Shown here: positions 12,148 through 21,950 of the stretch, in pieces | How positions within the stretch are numbered: position 1 is the stretch's first letter | Layout: every line of letters starts with the position of its first letter | Made by a program: the position numbers and the translations under genes | Origin: Ranitomeya imitator | Lineage: Eukaryota | Assembly: GCF_032444005.1 (NCBI RefSeq) | Contig: NC_091288.1 | Location: forward strand, 59,954,001-60,018,000 | DNA: 64,000 nucleotides | Direction: 5' to 3' | The notes under the pieces: model-generated | What the model saw: the letters and a program-made list of their open reading frames with translations, nothing else | Told to the model about the DNA's origin: nothing | Database searches by the model: none

Positions 12148-12608
12148 TGCAAGAAAAGAAGCTGCGGAGACCCCATCACGTGTTTCTCGACGCAAGCAGT
12201 GAATAGCCAGGCCTTTCACCGGGAAGGAACAACCACGGGAAGGGCAGCATCCTATGAAGGAAAGCCACCTATGCCAAGCATGGTATCCATCCACAGACAG
12301 CTGTTTCGGGGTTTTAGCCCCTCATCAGTGTGGAGTAGGAATCTGGCTATTAGGAGCAGTGCCTAGTAAAAAGGCTATAAAGGCACAGATGATTGGCCTC
12401 GGGGAGACCAAAACATCCAACACCGCGGAGACACCATCACGTGTTTTTCAACGCAGTGATTCCAGAACACTGCCCCCATCCCTTATGGGAAATATGCAGA
12501 TGCAAGAAGGGGGCAGTGTTCTGGAATCACTGCGTTGAGAAACACGTGATGGTGTCTCCGCGGTGTTGGATGTTTTGGTCTCCCCGAGGCCAATCATCTG
12601 TGCCTTTA
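12148..12608 (-). mobile_element. Retrozyme / satellite-2-like monomer (353 bp) plus a 100-bp fold-back copy, inserted in the satellite
   Basis: TGCAAGAA repeated at 12148 and 12501 (353-bp spacing). Contains a hammerhead ribozyme. Flanked by ACTAGAC(A/G)GGGTGC at 12137-12150 and 12608-12621. Confidence 0.8.
12290..12334 (-). ncRNA. Type I hammerhead ribozyme (dimer-type helix III)
   Basis: Minus strand: UCCACA-CUGAUGA-GGGG cuaaaa CCCC-GAAAC agcu GUC-UGUGGA. The core is canonical: helix I 6 bp, helix II 4 bp, helix III 2 bp with palindrome ACAGCUGU. GUC cleavage site between 12296 and 12295. Confidence 0.92.
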
Positions 12609-13625
12609 CTAGACGGGGTGCGGCCTCGGCTCAGTACAAGTGTATGGAGTGAGGCCACGCCCACTGCACAGGTACGTCACTAGACGGGGTGTGGCCTCGG
12701 CTCAGTACAAGTGTATGGAGTGAGGCAGCGCCCACTGCACAGGTACGTCACTAGTCAGGGTGCGGCCTCGGCTCAGTACAAGTGTATGGAGTGAGGCCAC
12801 GCCCACTGCACAGGTATGTCACTAGTCAGGGTGCGGCCTCGGCTCAGTACAAGTGTATGGAGTGAGGCCACGCCCACTGCACAGGTATGTCACTAGTCAG
12901 GGTGCGGCCTCGGCTCAGTACAAGTGTATGGAGTGAGGCAGCGCCCACTGCACAGGTATGTCACTAGTCAGGGTGCGGCCTCGGCTCAGTACAAGTGTAT
13001 GGAGTGAGGCAGCGCCCACTGCACAGGTATGTCACTAGTCAGGGTGCGGCCTCGGCTCAGTACAAGTGTATGGAGTGAGGCCACGCCCACTGCACAGGTA
13101 TGTCACTAGTCAGGGTGCGGCCTCGGCTCAGTACAAGTGTATGGAGTGAGGCCACGCCCACTGCACAGGTATGTCACTAGTCAGGGTGCGGCCTCGGCTC
13201 AGTACAAGTGTATGGAGTGAGGCCACGCCCACTGCACAGGTACGTCACTAGTCAGGGTGCGGCCTCGGCTCAGTACAAGTGTATGGAGTGAGGCCACGCC
13301 CACTGCACAGGTACGTCACTAGTCAGGGTGCGGCCTCGGCTCAGTACAAGTGTATGGAGTGAGGCCACGCCCACTGCACAGGTATGTCACTAGTCAGGGT
13401 GCGGCCTCGGCTCAGTACAAGTGTATGGAGTGAGGCCACGCCCACTGCACAGGTACGTCACTAGTCAGGGTGCGGCCTCGGCTCAGTACAAGTGTATGGA
13501 GTGAGGCAGCGCCCACTGCACAGGTACGTCACTAGACAGGGTGCGGTCTCTGCATAGTACAAGTGTATGGATTGAGGCCACGTCCACTGCACAGGTACGT
13601 CACTAGATGGGGTGCGGCCTCAGCT

Positions 13626-14613
13626 CATTTAACAGGCGCTTCCAGGCATCCGGCCGAAAATGCGCGCACCACTGACTCCCGTCATGTGATCAGGGGTCAT
13701 CGGTTCATAGGCAAAACAACCAGAGGTCTCCAGCAGACCTCTATGGTTTTTGATGCATGATTGCAGTGAGCGCCACCCATAGCAATGCAGTAATTTTACT
13801 ACATAGGTGCGATCTGAGCATTGCCTCTATGTAGCAGAGCCGAATAGGCTACGGCAGCTTCTAGCCTCCCGGGGAGGCTAGTGAAGCATGGCAAAAGTAA
13901 AAAAAATACATGTTTTTAAAAATATGAAAAAAAAAAAAAAGTTCAAATCACCCTCCTTTTGCACCATTCAAAATAAATAAATAAAAAAAATACACATTTG
14001 TTATCGCCACGTTCAGAATCGCCCGATCTATAAAAAAAAAAAAAAGATTAACCTGATCACTAAACGGCGTAGAGAGAAAAAAATTAAACACGCCAGAATT
14101 ACGTTGTTTTGGTCGCCATGACATTGCATTAAAAATGCAATAACGGGCAATCAAAAGAACGTATCTGCACTGAAATGGTATCATTAAAACCGTCAGCACG
14201 CAAAAAATAAAGCCCTCATCCAACCCCAGAGAACGAAAAATGGAGACGCTACAGGTATTTTTGTTTACCAAAGTTTGGAATTATTTTTCACCACCTAGAT
14301 AAAAAAAAGAACCTAGACATGTTTGGTGTCTATGAACTCGTAATGACCTAGGGGGTCAGTTTTAGCATTGAGTGAACTTGGCAAAAAAGCCAAACAAGTG
14401 TGTGATTGCACTTTTTTTGCAATTTCATCGCACTTGGAATGTTTCCCGTTTTCTAGTACACGACATGGTAAAACCAATGGTTACGTTCAAAAGTACAACT
14501 CGTCCTGCAAAAAATAAGCCCCCACATGACCATACTGATGGGAAAATAAAAAAAGTTATGGCTCTGGGAAGGAGGGGAGCGAAAAACTGAAAAAAGTTCA
14601 GGTCATTAAGGGG
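13626..14613 (-). mobile_element. piggyBac-like non-autonomous element, 5' part
   Basis: Ends AAGGGG|TTAA. It is the reverse complement of 16290-17432 (e.g. 14500-14590 vs 16305-16410). Confidence 0.8.
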
Positions 14614-14861
14614 TTAATGGCCCGCAACCTGTGGCTCCTACTTGTTGAGAAACTATAACTCTCAGCATGCATATGGATGACATGTCCGTAGTTGCAATCT
14701 CACAAGGAAAGCACATGGTGCTGACCCGTTAATGCTCCCATGTGCATTAGCTGCCTACTTTCACTGAATTCCACCAATATGAACATTACGGGTGAGCGTA
14801 CTGAATTCATCAGCCTTTTCCGCCAACACTTTTTTCCATTTTCTGTGTGTGAAACTTTAAA

Positions 14862-15546
14862 GGCTATATGCACACGTTGCGGATTTACTGCGGATCCGCA
14901 GCGTTTTTTGCAGTGCAGAAATGCTGCAGATTCGTAAGCGATTTAGGCTGTGTGCACACGTTGCGGTTTTTCCCGATAAAAACGCTATAAAACCGCAAAA
15001 AAGAAAAAAAAACGCCTACAATAAGCATCCCATCATTTAGAATGAATTCCGCATGTTTTGTGCACATAAGTTTTTTTCCGCGAAAAAAAACGCATCGCGG
15101 TAAAAACCGCAGCATGTTCATTAATTTTGCTTTTTTTTTTTGCGGATTTCCCACTACAAAATGCATTGGGAAGTGTCTGGGAAAAAAAAGCGGCAAAAAC
15201 GCGGCAAAGCCGCATGCAGATTTCTTGCAGAAAATGTCCGGTTTTTCTCAGGAATTTTCTGCAAAAAATCCTGAACGTGTGCACATAGCCTTACAGTACA
15301 ATGTAAATCAAAGGGAAAAAAAATGCTGTGCTAAAGGTGCGGATTAAAAGAAGAAACATGTCATTTCTTTTGTGCAGCGTTTTTGTGCCCATTCCATTCT
15401 AGAAATCCGCAGGGGTAAAAACGCATGAAATCCACACAAAATCCGCAAAAAAAAAAAAGCATCAAATCCGCACCTGCATTTTCTGCCAAGAGATCAAATC
15501 CGCACAACAAATTCCAGAGGCAAATCCGCAACGTGTGCACATGGCC
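14862..15546. mobile_element. Harbinger-like MITE with a second MITE nested at 14946-15290
   Basis: Outer TIRs GGCTATATGCACACGTTGCGG / CCGCAACGTGTGCACATGGCC. The inner element is flanked by TTA...TTA. An uninterrupted copy lies at 53861-54259. Confidence 0.85.
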
Positions 15547-16289
15547 TAAAGGAAGAACAAACGGACTGAGGACTTCAGCTTCACCATCTCATAGTGAATA
15601 GCTATTCCAATCATTTGCCTACAGCATCATGAAAATCATATGCGCGGCTCCATTTTTAGCATTAGGTGGAAATATTATAACTCATTTTCATGAGCTATGC
15701 AAAAAAACAAAAAAAACAAGGAGATTCCGCAGACGGCAAACACAGAATGTATGAAGTGGGGAAAGGCGATTGTGGAGCTGGGGTCATTTCTGCAATGTTT
15801 CTGTCCAGAGAATAATGTGCACAACGTTCCGTGACGAACCTGCAGCAGGCGGATCTGACCAAACAGCAGATTCCATAATCCGCATGATAAATCATAAACG
15901 TCTAAGAGGGTAATGGTACGGAGGGGTGCAATACATTACTTGTGATAGCAATACAATTTCTGACTCATTTCAATTATATTTTTTGTTAACGAGGTTGTCC
16001 AAGAAGATTAAAAGCTTCACACAGGAAACATTAAAATAATTTATACTCGCTGCATAATTTATAATCAATGTTCTACTCTCTACAGTTACAGCGCTGCCCC
16101 TTTAAGGATCCCTGCAGACCTTCTGTGTACATTGTGAGTTGCAGATTTCATCCATACTAATGCATGGGAAATGCTTAAAAAATGCACTAAAGACATGTAT
16201 TTTCTGCTGCATTTTTCCTGTCAATACAGTGTAGAGTTTTCTGCTGCAAATACTGAAGGTATGCAGGTACCCCGATACATTGGATTTAA

Positions 16290-17633
16290 CCCCTTCACGC
16301 AGCAGCCCTTTTTCGCTCCCCTCCTTCCCAGAGCCATTGCTTTTTTATTTTTCCATCAATGGCCATGTGAGGACTTGTTTGTTGCAGGACGAGTTGTACT
16401 TTTGAACCACGTCATTGGTTTTACCATGTTGTGTACTGGAATTGGCCAATTTATGTGCTAAGCTTTCTCAATTTTTCATATTTCTAATGCAGTAATGCAA
16501 TTCAATTTTCATATTTGCATGCTATGGCGCATGCCTTGCCAGAGTGCTGCCTTTGTTTCAGCGTACTGGAAAATGGGGAAAAAAATCCAAGTGCAGTGAA
16601 ATTGCAAAAAAAACCTGCAATTCCACAACACTTTTTTTTTATTTTTATTTTTTACCATGTTCACCAAATGCTAAAACTGACCATTATGACTCTCCAGGTC
16701 ATTACGAGTTCATAGACACCAAACACGTCTAGGTTCTTTTTAATTTAAATGGTGAAAAAAAATCCAAAGTTTGTAAAAAAAAAAAAAAAACAGAACTGTG
16801 CCATTTTCCAATCCCCATAGTCTCCATTTTTCATGATCTCAGGTCGGGTGAGGGCTTATTTTTTGCATGCCGAGCGTTAAGTTTTTGATGATACCATTTT
16901 GGTGCAGATACGTTTTTTTGATCGCCCGTTATTGCATTTTAATGCAATGTTGCGGCGACCAAAAAACCTAATTGAATTAATTTTTTTATCATTGCGCTGT
17001 TTAGCGATCGGGTTAATTCTTTTTTTATATTGATCAGCCGATTCTGAACTCGGCGATACCAAATGTGTGCATGTTTTGATTTTTTTATCGTTCTATTTTG
17101 AATGGGGCGAAAGGGTGGTGATTTTAAAGTGTATATATATATATATATTTTTTTAACTTTTGGTACACTTCAATAGTCTCCATGGGAGACCAGAAGCTGC
17201 CATAACCTGATCGGCTCTGCTACATACAAGCGATGAACAGATTGCCTGTATGTAGCAGAATTGCTATGAGCGCTGACCAACGGGCGGCGCTCATAGCAAT
17301 CCGGCAGTGACTACCATAGAGGTCTGCAGGAGACGTCTGGTTGTCATGCCGACCCATCGGTGACCCGAGATCACGTGATGGGGTCACCGATGGGCGGGAT
17401 TTGTGGCGATTGCCGGAAGCGCACGGTAAATGCCGCTGTCAGAGTATGACAGCGGCATTTAATTGGCTAGCAGCCATGGGTGGATCGCGATTCCACCAGC
17501 AGGAGTTCCAGGCACGTCAGCTGTTCAAAACAGCCGACATGTGCCAGGAAAGATGTGGACCCAGCGCAAGAGCCCATATCAAAGGGAGACACACAACGTG
17601 CGCTGTATATGTACGGCGCATGTCGTAAAGGGG
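16290..17633 (+). mobile_element. piggyBac-like non-autonomous element (about 1.34 kb, intact ends)
   Basis: TTAA|CCCCTTC ... AAGGGG|TTA. No transposase ORF. Confidence 0.75.
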
Positions 17634-18074
17634 TTACCCACTACTAGGACAACCCTTTCTTGATCTAAAGGTTTGGTCCAGACAAAATAAAGCCTATACC
17701 CCTCTCCCGTGCCGGCTCTGAACAGCAATGTCGGCACTCGCGGACCCAGGGCTCTTGTGCGGTTGCTGTGACATGTGACCCCTACACCCAATCATCGCTG
17801 ACGTCACTGTCTCCGGCTTCAAACAAATTGAACATGAAGAGGAAGCCTGAGACCAGCAGCAGCCCAGACTCACTCCTCATGTTCAGTTCATATGTAGGTG
17901 GAGAGAGTGAAGCCAGCGATGATTGGGTGCCAGGCTCATGTGCCACAACAACCGCACGAGAGCGAGTGCTGACACCGCAGGAACAACGCCTGCACAGGAG
18001 GAGAGTATCAGCTTTTTTGTTTCATCAGGCCAAACATTTAGATCAAGGAGCTGTCCTAGTAGTAGACAACCCCT
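17629..18074. mobile_element. Kolobok/T2-type MITE
   Basis: AGGGGTTACCCACTACTAGGACAACCC ... GTCCTAGTAGTAGACAACCCCT. Same family as 41145-41563. Overlaps the end of the piggyBac-like element. Confidence 0.65.
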
Positions 18075-18465
18075 TCAACATCTGCAGTCAAGATAAACAT
18101 ATGACCAGTGAGGAAAACAGGGACATCACTGCTGTGGTCCAGAAACTTTGATGAACTTTATGGCCCCGAATCGTGTATGCAATAAACTGTAGCTCCGGCA
18201 CCAGTCCACAATCATGTTGGCAGTCAGTGGGACAAGACTGGTCTGCTTTTTACGAACGCCAAAAGAACTAGGAAAAAGAGACCCCCAATGTAAGGCATAG
18301 TAGTCAGGAAAGTATCAATACTAAGCAGCAAGCTATACAGTACAGCACTAGTACTTCTGCATCTCCGCACCCTACAGGGGCACAATACAGACCCCTACAA
18401 TACGGATCGGAACTATAGTGACTTATAGCCTCATACAACAGTCCACTGTCAATGGCAACAGTATT

Positions 18466-18471
18466 TTTATT
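18466..18471 (-). promoter_or_regulatory. Candidate polyadenylation signal for the SRPK1 retrogene
   Basis: First minus-strand AATAAA that I found downstream of the stop codon (about 960 nt). Confidence 0.4.
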
Positions 18472-19432
18472 CTTTACCTTCACAATCTGTCATCACATAT
18501 GAAAAATGTGGTCAAAAAGGTTTCATCAACTGGATATGGAACAACAGATGTAAACCACCCGAACTGTCTCACTGCACCCTCTACTTATGTTAGACAACAC
18601 AAAAAAACAGATCTCTGGATAAAGAAATACCTGAAACCTTCAAAACGTTAATAGACGGAAACACAAACAAATCAAAGTATATAAAAAGAATGTAACTGTG
18701 GTGGATTAGACGCAAAGTCCTGAACAGAGTCCCGGGAGCCAACAGCGTCAGATCTTAGACTACGTTTATACGTTTCTGCCGACGGGCAGGGTCTTCATCG
18801 GGACTTACATCTGAGGCCCTGGAAAACGGGATTCGGAGTTGGCACTGACGGCCGGCTGCGTCTAGGAACCAGTCTCAAATAGGTGAATGAGGCCGAAAAT
18901 TGCGTCAGTGACCCCATCGTCACCATTACAGTCAATGGCCCCATCATGCAGACATCTGAATCCAGTTTCCCAGGGCTTCAGACGTAAGCCTCGAAGGAGC
19001 CGCTGACCGCAAGGAGCCTTGGTATTACCAGTGTGTAAAGCATCTTCAGCCATTACAGACTTGATGATACAAAAGTTCTATCAATTGGAAACATAACGAA
19101 TCGATGGGAATTATTTTTTGATAAATATTGAAGCCACCAAAAACTTGAAAATGGGTCCATTATAGTGGAACTCTACGAGAGCCAGGACTGCACGGTCATT
19201 GTAGGGCTTTCTTCATTCCCTCAAGAGAGGATTAACCTAATCCCTTAATTTCCACCATAAATCAGCTGGAAACCCCCATCATCCCATTAGATCCTCCACG
19301 CCGATCACTCATACCAGGAGTAGATGACAAGTCCACGGTCCACCTCTGATACTACTTTCGTCTGACAGGGGGTTGGAGGACAGCCCTTAAAAAACTGAAC
19401 AAGAAACACAACGAGGAGTCAATACTATGCCA

Positions 19433-21442
19433 CTATGACTGCAGCCAGGGGTGGCGGAGGCAGTGAGCTGCAGTCGCCCGCTTCTCAGGGGCCAACTCTA
19501 ACATGGGCAGCAGGAAGTCCGCAAAGCCTGAGGCATCCTCCTCAGACCACTCGTATTTCTCCTTCAGGACGTCGGCCAGACCCCACGGCTTCAGCTTTGA
19601 TATATGTTTCAGGTCTCCTTTTTTGGTGAAGAATTCTTTGGAGTATTTTCCTGCAGCAATGAGCTTCCGTGGAATGTGACCCAAGAGCTCGATGATCAGT
19701 GCAATGTGATCTTCATCACGGGAGTACTCCTCCCCGGAGTCAGGCTCAAATAAGTAATCTCCTGTGGCCAGCTCAAACGCCATGCAGGCCGTGCTCCAGA
19801 TATCTGCGGGGGTGCTGTATCCTGCCCCAAGGAGAACCTCCAGGGACCGATACTGCCTGGTCTGAATGTCCTCAGTGAAGTGTTTGTGCACCCAGCAGGC
19901 ATTGCCCAGGTCAGCAACTTTCACTCGGATTTTTTCAGCATTTTGGGGTTCTAGAGGGTTTATAAGGAAGTCTGCGGCGGTCAGTTTTTCATCAGCCATT
20001 AATACAGCTTCGTCTTTTATTGCAGGTTCTTTCTTCTCATCAGCTTCTTGATGGTGGAGGTCTTTGATGGTTTCTCCTTTGTGCTGAGGGACTTCTTCCA
20101 TAGATTCTTCTTTCTGCTGCTGAAGCGCCATAATGTCTTCTTTCTGCTGGTGGTTCTCCATGGCTTCTACTTTCTGTTGTTGGACCTCTTCCATGGCGTC
20201 TCCTTTCTGCATGTTGATTGACTCCATCTCTTCACCTTTCTGCTGGTGGATCTCCTCCATGGATTCTCTTTTTTGCTGGTGGATCTCCTCCATGGCTTCT
20301 CTTTTTTGCTGGTGGATCTCCTCCATGGCTTCTCTTTTTTGCTGGTGGATCTCCTCCATGGCTTCTCTTGTTTGCTGGTGGATCTCCTCCATGGCTTCTC
20401 TTGTTTGCTGGTGGATCTCCTCCATGGCTTCTTTTTGCTGGTGGACCTCCTCAGTATCACTCTGCCTGGGTGGTGGGCATGAATCGCCATCTGGGGTGGT
20501 AGGACTACAAGTGTTAGACTCCTCCTGGTCTTGGGTCTGGGCGCCATCTTCTTCTACTTCCATGCCGGCGATCTCCAGCACCCGCTTCTCCAGCAGTTCG
20601 GCTTGGCGCTTCTGCTTCTTCTTGAGCTTTCTCTTTTTGTTCTTTGTCAGTTTGGTGGAGGCCTTGGGCAGTGGCGCCGTGCTCACCACAGATCCAGAGG
20701 GCGGAGGGGCACCGGAGCGGAGCCATTGTGTGGCGTCACAGGCCAGCCGGCGGATGTAGGCGTCGTCCACGCACAGCAGGATGTTCTCCGGCTTCAGGTC
20801 GGTGTGGATGATCTTACACTTGGAGTGCATGTAGTCCAGGCCCTGCAGAACCTGCCGGACGATGCTCCTCACGCACTGCAGGGGCATGCCCTGGTAGTTG
20901 GACTTGATGATCCACTTCAGCAGGTGGTGGCCCAGCACCTCGAACACCATGCACACGTGGGAGCCGTTGGCCCCAGAGATCTTGAAGTCGTCCAGCAGCT
21001 GCACCACCCGGTCCCGGCCGCCGTCCCCGGGGTCCGTGCCCCTGACGGCTCTCAGCAGGCGGATCTCGTCCTGCGCGGTCTCCGTGTAGTGCTCCGCGCT
21101 TTTCACCACCTTCAGGGCCACAAACTGCTTCATCTGCAGGTCCCAGCACAGCCACACGGTGGAGAAGTGGCCCCAGCCCAGCTTGCGGATCACGTGGTAG
21201 CGGTTATTGAACAGGTCGCCAATCTGCACCCGATGGTAGCCCCCCTTACAGTAATCGTAGGGGTCCTCCTGCTCCTCGTCATCACTGCCCAGGATCTCCT
21301 CCTCCTCGTCCTCCGCGGGGTCCTCTGCGGGCGGATCCGGGGCGCAGCTGCGCGGCTGAGCTCCGTCTGCCACTTTCCGGAGAGGTTTCTTGGCTTTTGC
21401 CCGTTTCTTACGAGCCTGCAGTGCCAGCACCTTCCGCTCCAT
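19433..21442 (-). CDS. SRPK1: SRSF protein kinase 1-like, intronless retrocopy, 669 aa
   Basis: N-terminus MERKVLALQARKKR. Intact kinase motifs LGWGHFSTV, VALK, DEIRLL, HTDLKPEN, DLG, QTRQYRSLE and C-terminal LRHPWL. The kinase domain is split by a spacer. Single uninterrupted ORF, strong Kozak context (AAC ATG G). Confidence 0.95.
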   Translation of the reverse strand: MERKVLALQARKKRAKAKKPLRKVADGAQPRSCAPDPPAEDPAEDEEEEILGSDDEEQEDPYDYCKGGYHRVQIGDLFNNRYHVIRKLGWGHFSTVWLCWDLQMKQFVALKVVKSAEHYTETAQDEIRLLRAVRGTDPGDGGRDRVVQLLDDFKISGANGSHVCMVFEVLGHHLLKWIIKSNYQGMPLQCVRSIVRQVLQGLDYMHSKCKIIHTDLKPENILLCVDDAYIRRLACDATQWLRSGAPPPSGSVVSTAPLPKASTKLTKNKKRKLKKKQKRQAELLEKRVLEIAGMEVEEDGAQTQDQEESNTCSPTTPDGDSCPPPRQSDTEEVHQQKEAMEEIHQQTREAMEEIHQQTREAMEEIHQQKREAMEEIHQQKREAMEEIHQQKRESMEEIHQQKGEEMESINMQKGDAMEEVQQQKVEAMENHQQKEDIMALQQQKEESMEEVPQHKGETIKDLHHQEADEKKEPAIKDEAVLMADEKLTAADFLINPLEPQNAEKIRVKVADLGNACWVHKHFTEDIQTRQYRSLEVLLGAGYSTPADIWSTACMAFELATGDYLFEPDSGEEYSRDEDHIALIIELLGHIPRKLIAAGKYSKEFFTKKGDLKHISKLKPWGLADVLKEKYEWSEEDASGFADFLLPMLELAPEKRATAAHCLRHPWLQS
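20045..20452 (-). repeat. Coding 33-bp (11-aa) tandem repeat in the SRPK spacer
   Basis: EAMEEIHQQ(K/T)R x6 near-identical (about 20235-20452), plus about 6-7 degenerate units. Confidence 0.95.
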
Positions 21443-21950
21443 GTTCTCAGCCGGTCAGCGGAAGAGACATGCGCGAAGACCTCTGCCCTCTGTAACTTTT
21501 CTCCCGTCCCGCCTAACTGCTGCGCCGCTTCCTGGACACGCCCACCGCCATCTAAGTCACCGCTAAATCCCGCCTCTGCCGGCAGACCACGCCCTTTACC
21601 CAGCCGCTGCCCTGAGCGCTTTCCTGAGGACACTCCCGCTGTCAACCACGTCAGATGCAGAACTCCGCCTATCATGGAACGTCTGTTCTCAGACAACGCC
21701 CATCACTAGCCTTCTCTCCGCCCACTCCATCATCTCGGGGCTGAATCTCCGCTCATCGCTAAACAGCGCGAGATTCTTCTTCCAAATGCGATTGGTGGAT
21801 AAAAGCTTTCAGTCACGTGTGTAGTGGGCGTGTCTGTCTCTGACACCGGAAGCTTAAAATTACTGGTGATAACCAATTAGATTATACGGAACCTCCCAGT
21901 AGTCGGAAGCTAATGGCTGCGGCCAGGGAGGCACGGAGACCAGGCTGACG
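21443..21950. promoter_or_regulatory. CpG-island promoter, probably bidirectional
   Basis: CCAAT boxes (ATTGG 21791, CCAAT 21873), E-box CACGTG 21814, GC box GGGCGTG 21826, ETS motifs CCGGAAG 21846 and CGGAAG 21904. CpG-dense from about 20500 to 22050. Confidence 0.7.

Larger units (their letters stand above)
11516..13625 (-). repeat. 71-bp satellite array 2, reverse orientation (about 23 units), interrupted at 12151-12607
   Basis: Reverse complement of the array 1 unit (TACAAGTGTATGGAGTGAGGCCACGCCCACTGCACAGGTACGTCACTAG...). Confidence 0.97.

Noticed and set aside
7141-13625. 71-bp arrays as a CRISPR array, or the many 63-65 aa ORFs in them as genes
   Set aside because: No unique spacers and no cas genes in a vertebrate context. 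The ORFs recur every 71 bp because of the repeat period.
20531-21709. 392-aa plus-strand ORF, and the other ORFs overlapping the SRPK gene
   Set aside because: Antisense or off-frame shadows of a GC3-rich, repeat-containing coding sequence; no recognisable domain.
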